Shown piece by piece: positions 30,546 through 32,521 of a stretch of DNA of 32,521 nucleotides. Positions within the stretch are counted from its first letter, which is position 1; every line of letters starts with the position of its first letter. Made by a program: the position numbers and the translations under genes. Source of the DNA: Bdellovibrio sp. (GTDB lineage: Bacteria > Bdellovibrionota > Bdellovibrionia > Bdellovibrionales > Bdellovibrionaceae); contig JBKCUU010000027.1 of NCBI GenBank assembly GCA_046318155.1, positions 1 through 32,521 of the forward strand. Reading direction: 5' to 3'. Under the pieces are notes generated by a model. The model searched no databases, was not told the DNA's origin, and worked only from the letters and a program-made list of their open reading frames with translations.

Positions 30546-30572
30546 GACGTTATCAAAGTGCAGGGGGTTTTA

Positions 30573-31010
30573 GTGGGAAAGGCACGAGTTCGCACATCCG
30601 TCGTTTGCTTGCATCAAGATAAAATCCTCGCCTTTCATGCCGAAGATCCCATTTCAAAAAAGAAGTACGTTTTTCTTCCAGGCGGTGCGATCGAACCCGA
30701 TGAAACAGCGCCCGAAGCGGCGATCCGTGAAACCCTTGAAGAGACTGGCTTTCAGGTCGAGCTCTCGACGGCAGATTCCATCGATAAAGAGTACGTGTTT
30801 CATTGGAAGGGTGAAGACTTTGATTGCCTGACGATTTTTTACCGTGGCTATTTGAAATCGCCGTTTCAAGCACCCGTGAATGATGCTGACTACAACAAAG
30901 GGGTCGCTTGGATTCCGCGTTCAGAAATCAATTCAGCGTTTTCTTACTCAACCGAAATTCTTGAGGCCATCGCCGAACTGCTTATGCAAGCACCAAACGG
31001 CCGAGCATAA
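30573..31010 (+). CDS. NUDIX hydrolase
   Basis: Nudix box GGAIEPDETAPEAAIRETLEETG. GTG start after AGGGGG. Confidence 0.88.
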   Translation: MGKARVRTSVVCLHQDKILAFHAEDPISKKKYVFLPGGAIEPDETAPEAAIRETLEETGFQVELSTADSIDKEYVFHWKGEDFDCLTIFYRGYLKSPFQAPVNDADYNKGVAWIPRSEINSAFSYSTEILEAIAELLMQAPNGRA

Positions 31011-31040
31011 GCTCGGGCCGCCCGAAGGGATGTGAATTCG

Positions 31041-31739
31041 ATGTCGCTAGCAGCCTGGGAGCATTTTTTTAAACCCGAGGTTCGCAGCAGCGGGCGCGCG
31101 TTTGTGGCAAAAGGCAAAGTTGCGCTGTCTCGTCCCTCAGACACTGAAATCCAGGGATACATCCGAACCTCTTCGCCGTTCAAAGTCGTCTTCAAAAGCG
31201 AATCGATCGACAATCCCCTTCTCACCGCGAGCTGCTCTTGCCCGCAATCTAAAAAAGGTCAGCTCTGCAAACACATGTGGGCTGCGCTTTTAGTCATCGA
31301 TGACAAGAATACTGATTTTCTCGAGGGCAAAGTGGAGTTGCAAAACGAGTCAGTGGGCACTGCTGCAGCGGCCCCCAAAAAACCAAAGCAATCCGAAGCA
31401 CAAATCGCCTCGCAAGCAGCCTACAGTTTAAAGCAAGCCGAGTACCGCAAGCAGCAATACCAAAAACAAAAAGAACGCGCCAAGAGCCTCAAGCGCACAA
31501 AAAAAGGCGACGCTCAAGAATGCGAGCATCCGCCCGAAGTGGATGAGGCCTTGGCTTTTTTTGAATCTAATGGCTTTTCGTTCAAAGACTCGTTCAATCC
31601 AGAGTCCGTTGCTTTTGCGATGAAAAAACTCGCCCGCGTTTTTCACCCCGATTTAGGCGGGAGCCACGAAGAAATATTGGAGCTGAATAAGTTCTCAGGT
31701 GTTCTTGAAAAGTATTTTTCTAAACACGGAACCAGGTAA
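31041..31739 (+). CDS. SWIM zinc-finger protein with a C-terminal J-domain-like region
   Basis: CSC...CKH (SWIM motif), a basic coiled linker, and KKLARVFHPDLGGS (HPD motif). Confidence 0.8.
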   Translation: MSLAAWEHFFKPEVRSSGRAFVAKGKVALSRPSDTEIQGYIRTSSPFKVVFKSESIDNPLLTASCSCPQSKKGQLCKHMWAALLVIDDKNTDFLEGKVELQNESVGTAAAAPKKPKQSEAQIASQAAYSLKQAEYRKQQYQKQKERAKSLKRTKKGDAQECEHPPEVDEALAFFESNGFSFKDSFNPESVAFAMKKLARVFHPDLGGSHEEILELNKFSGVLEKYFSKHGTR

Positions 31740-31815
31740 TTTTCTGTGCCAGACGTTCGGCTAACGCTTTGGGAGTCCTCTCGCTGAGCAAGCTATAGGC
31801 TTGGCCTCAGAGCGA

Positions 31816-32520
31816 CTAGGGTCGCAAAAGGTTCTTTTTTTTCATAAAATAAACTAAGAACGCGTGAGGAAGCGCCATCGACGAAATCACGATAATCGAC
31901 CACTTAAAGAGAGCCGTTTCTATCGAAGCATTTTCGAGGCGGCTGTAAGTCGCCAACCCGACGACACCGCAAACTGGCAGCAGCCAGAATGGCAAAAAGT
32001 CTTTCCAAGCAATCTGCACATCTGAAGTTAAAAAATTAAAAATATGTTTCACAGAATGAACAAAGCAAAAATAAATTCCAAAAGCATAAAGTGGATCTAA
32101 AAGTATAAACAGCAAGCATAAGACCACTGGCTCGAGAGACACCACACGCCAGGCCGCTTTTTTTGCAACAACAAACCAGATCTCAAGCAAGACAATAAAT
32201 CCGCTGAGAACAACCGCAAGCACACCTGCTAACCTAAACATTGGAACCAACTGCTGAAAGACTTCTGCAGGATGAAGTATTTTGGCAAGCTCGATGGAGC
32301 GCTCAGGTTGAAATCCAAATGCAATAAAAAATGGAATTAAAAAACGGGCCGCAAACTCGAGACCCGTGGGACTGAAGAGGGAGGCAGACTCGAGTTTTCT
32401 GGATAAGTCACTTTGGGCAAAATGAAAACACGAAAACAGGACAAAAAACAAAAAGGCGCCTTCGGGTACGAAGGTCCAAGCCGCCACCATCGCCAGCAAG
32501 GCGAGACAGTAGACTGCGAT
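31816..32520 (-). CDS. blh: Brp/Blh-family beta-carotene 15,15'-dioxygenase (5' end outside the window)
   Basis: Polytopic membrane protein with S.FHF.QSD, PL.AFG+YFC..HS..H and +A+PH. The frame is open to the window edge. Confidence 0.82.
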   Translation of the reverse strand: MAVYCLALLAMVAAWTFVPEGAFLFFVLFSCFHFAQSDLSRKLESASLFSPTGLEFAARFLIPFFIAFGFQPERSIELAKILHPAEVFQQLVPMFRLAGVLAVVLSGFIVLLEIWFVVAKKAAWRVVSLEPVVLCLLFILLDPLYAFGIYFCFVHSVKHIFNFLTSDVQIAWKDFLPFWLLPVCGVVGLATYSRLENASIETALFKWSIIVISSMALPHAFLVYFMKKKNLLRP

Positions 32521-32521
32521 C

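Noticed and set aside
30357..30572. Long N-terminal extension of the NUDIX ORF
   Set aside because: It derives from the EamA remnant. A GTG with an RBS at 30573 is the better start.

Overview
This is a chromosomal, mostly housekeeping window of roughly 50% GC (estimated by eye). Gene content and the orphan lipoproteins suggest a Bdellovibrionota-like bacterium, but that is inference only. In order it holds: tRNA-Ser(GGA); purine salvage (PNP plus an MtaD-like deaminase) with a decayed pnuC remnant; a FAH-family hydrolase, an outer-membrane beta-barrel and maiA; an A2-type caa3-like cytochrome c oxidase operon; a divergent four-gene acyl-CoA cluster (PhaZ-like hydrolase, PhaB/FabG-like reductase, FabH-like enzyme, acyl-CoA ligase); bamE; a GGCT-trmL-secA-Zn-ribbon-hypothetical run; glnB-glnA; a GcvH-like gene and dps; two paralogous beta-rich proteins; pstSCAB; an EamA remnant; a NUDIX hydrolase; a SWIM/J-domain fusion; and a Brp/Blh-type carotenoid dioxygenase cut by the window edge. 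I found no CRISPR array, integrase or transposase. The best leads are: (1) a possible PHB/3-hydroxybutyrate catabolic module built on a FabH-fold enzyme that lacks the His and Asn of its triad; (2) an H-protein with no lipoyl lysine and a polyacidic tail; (3) blh, implying retinal synthesis and possibly a rhodopsin; (4) the SWIM-J fusion; (5) a GGCT with a winged-helix-like tail divergent from glnB-glnA; and (6) several genes collapsed by deletion.
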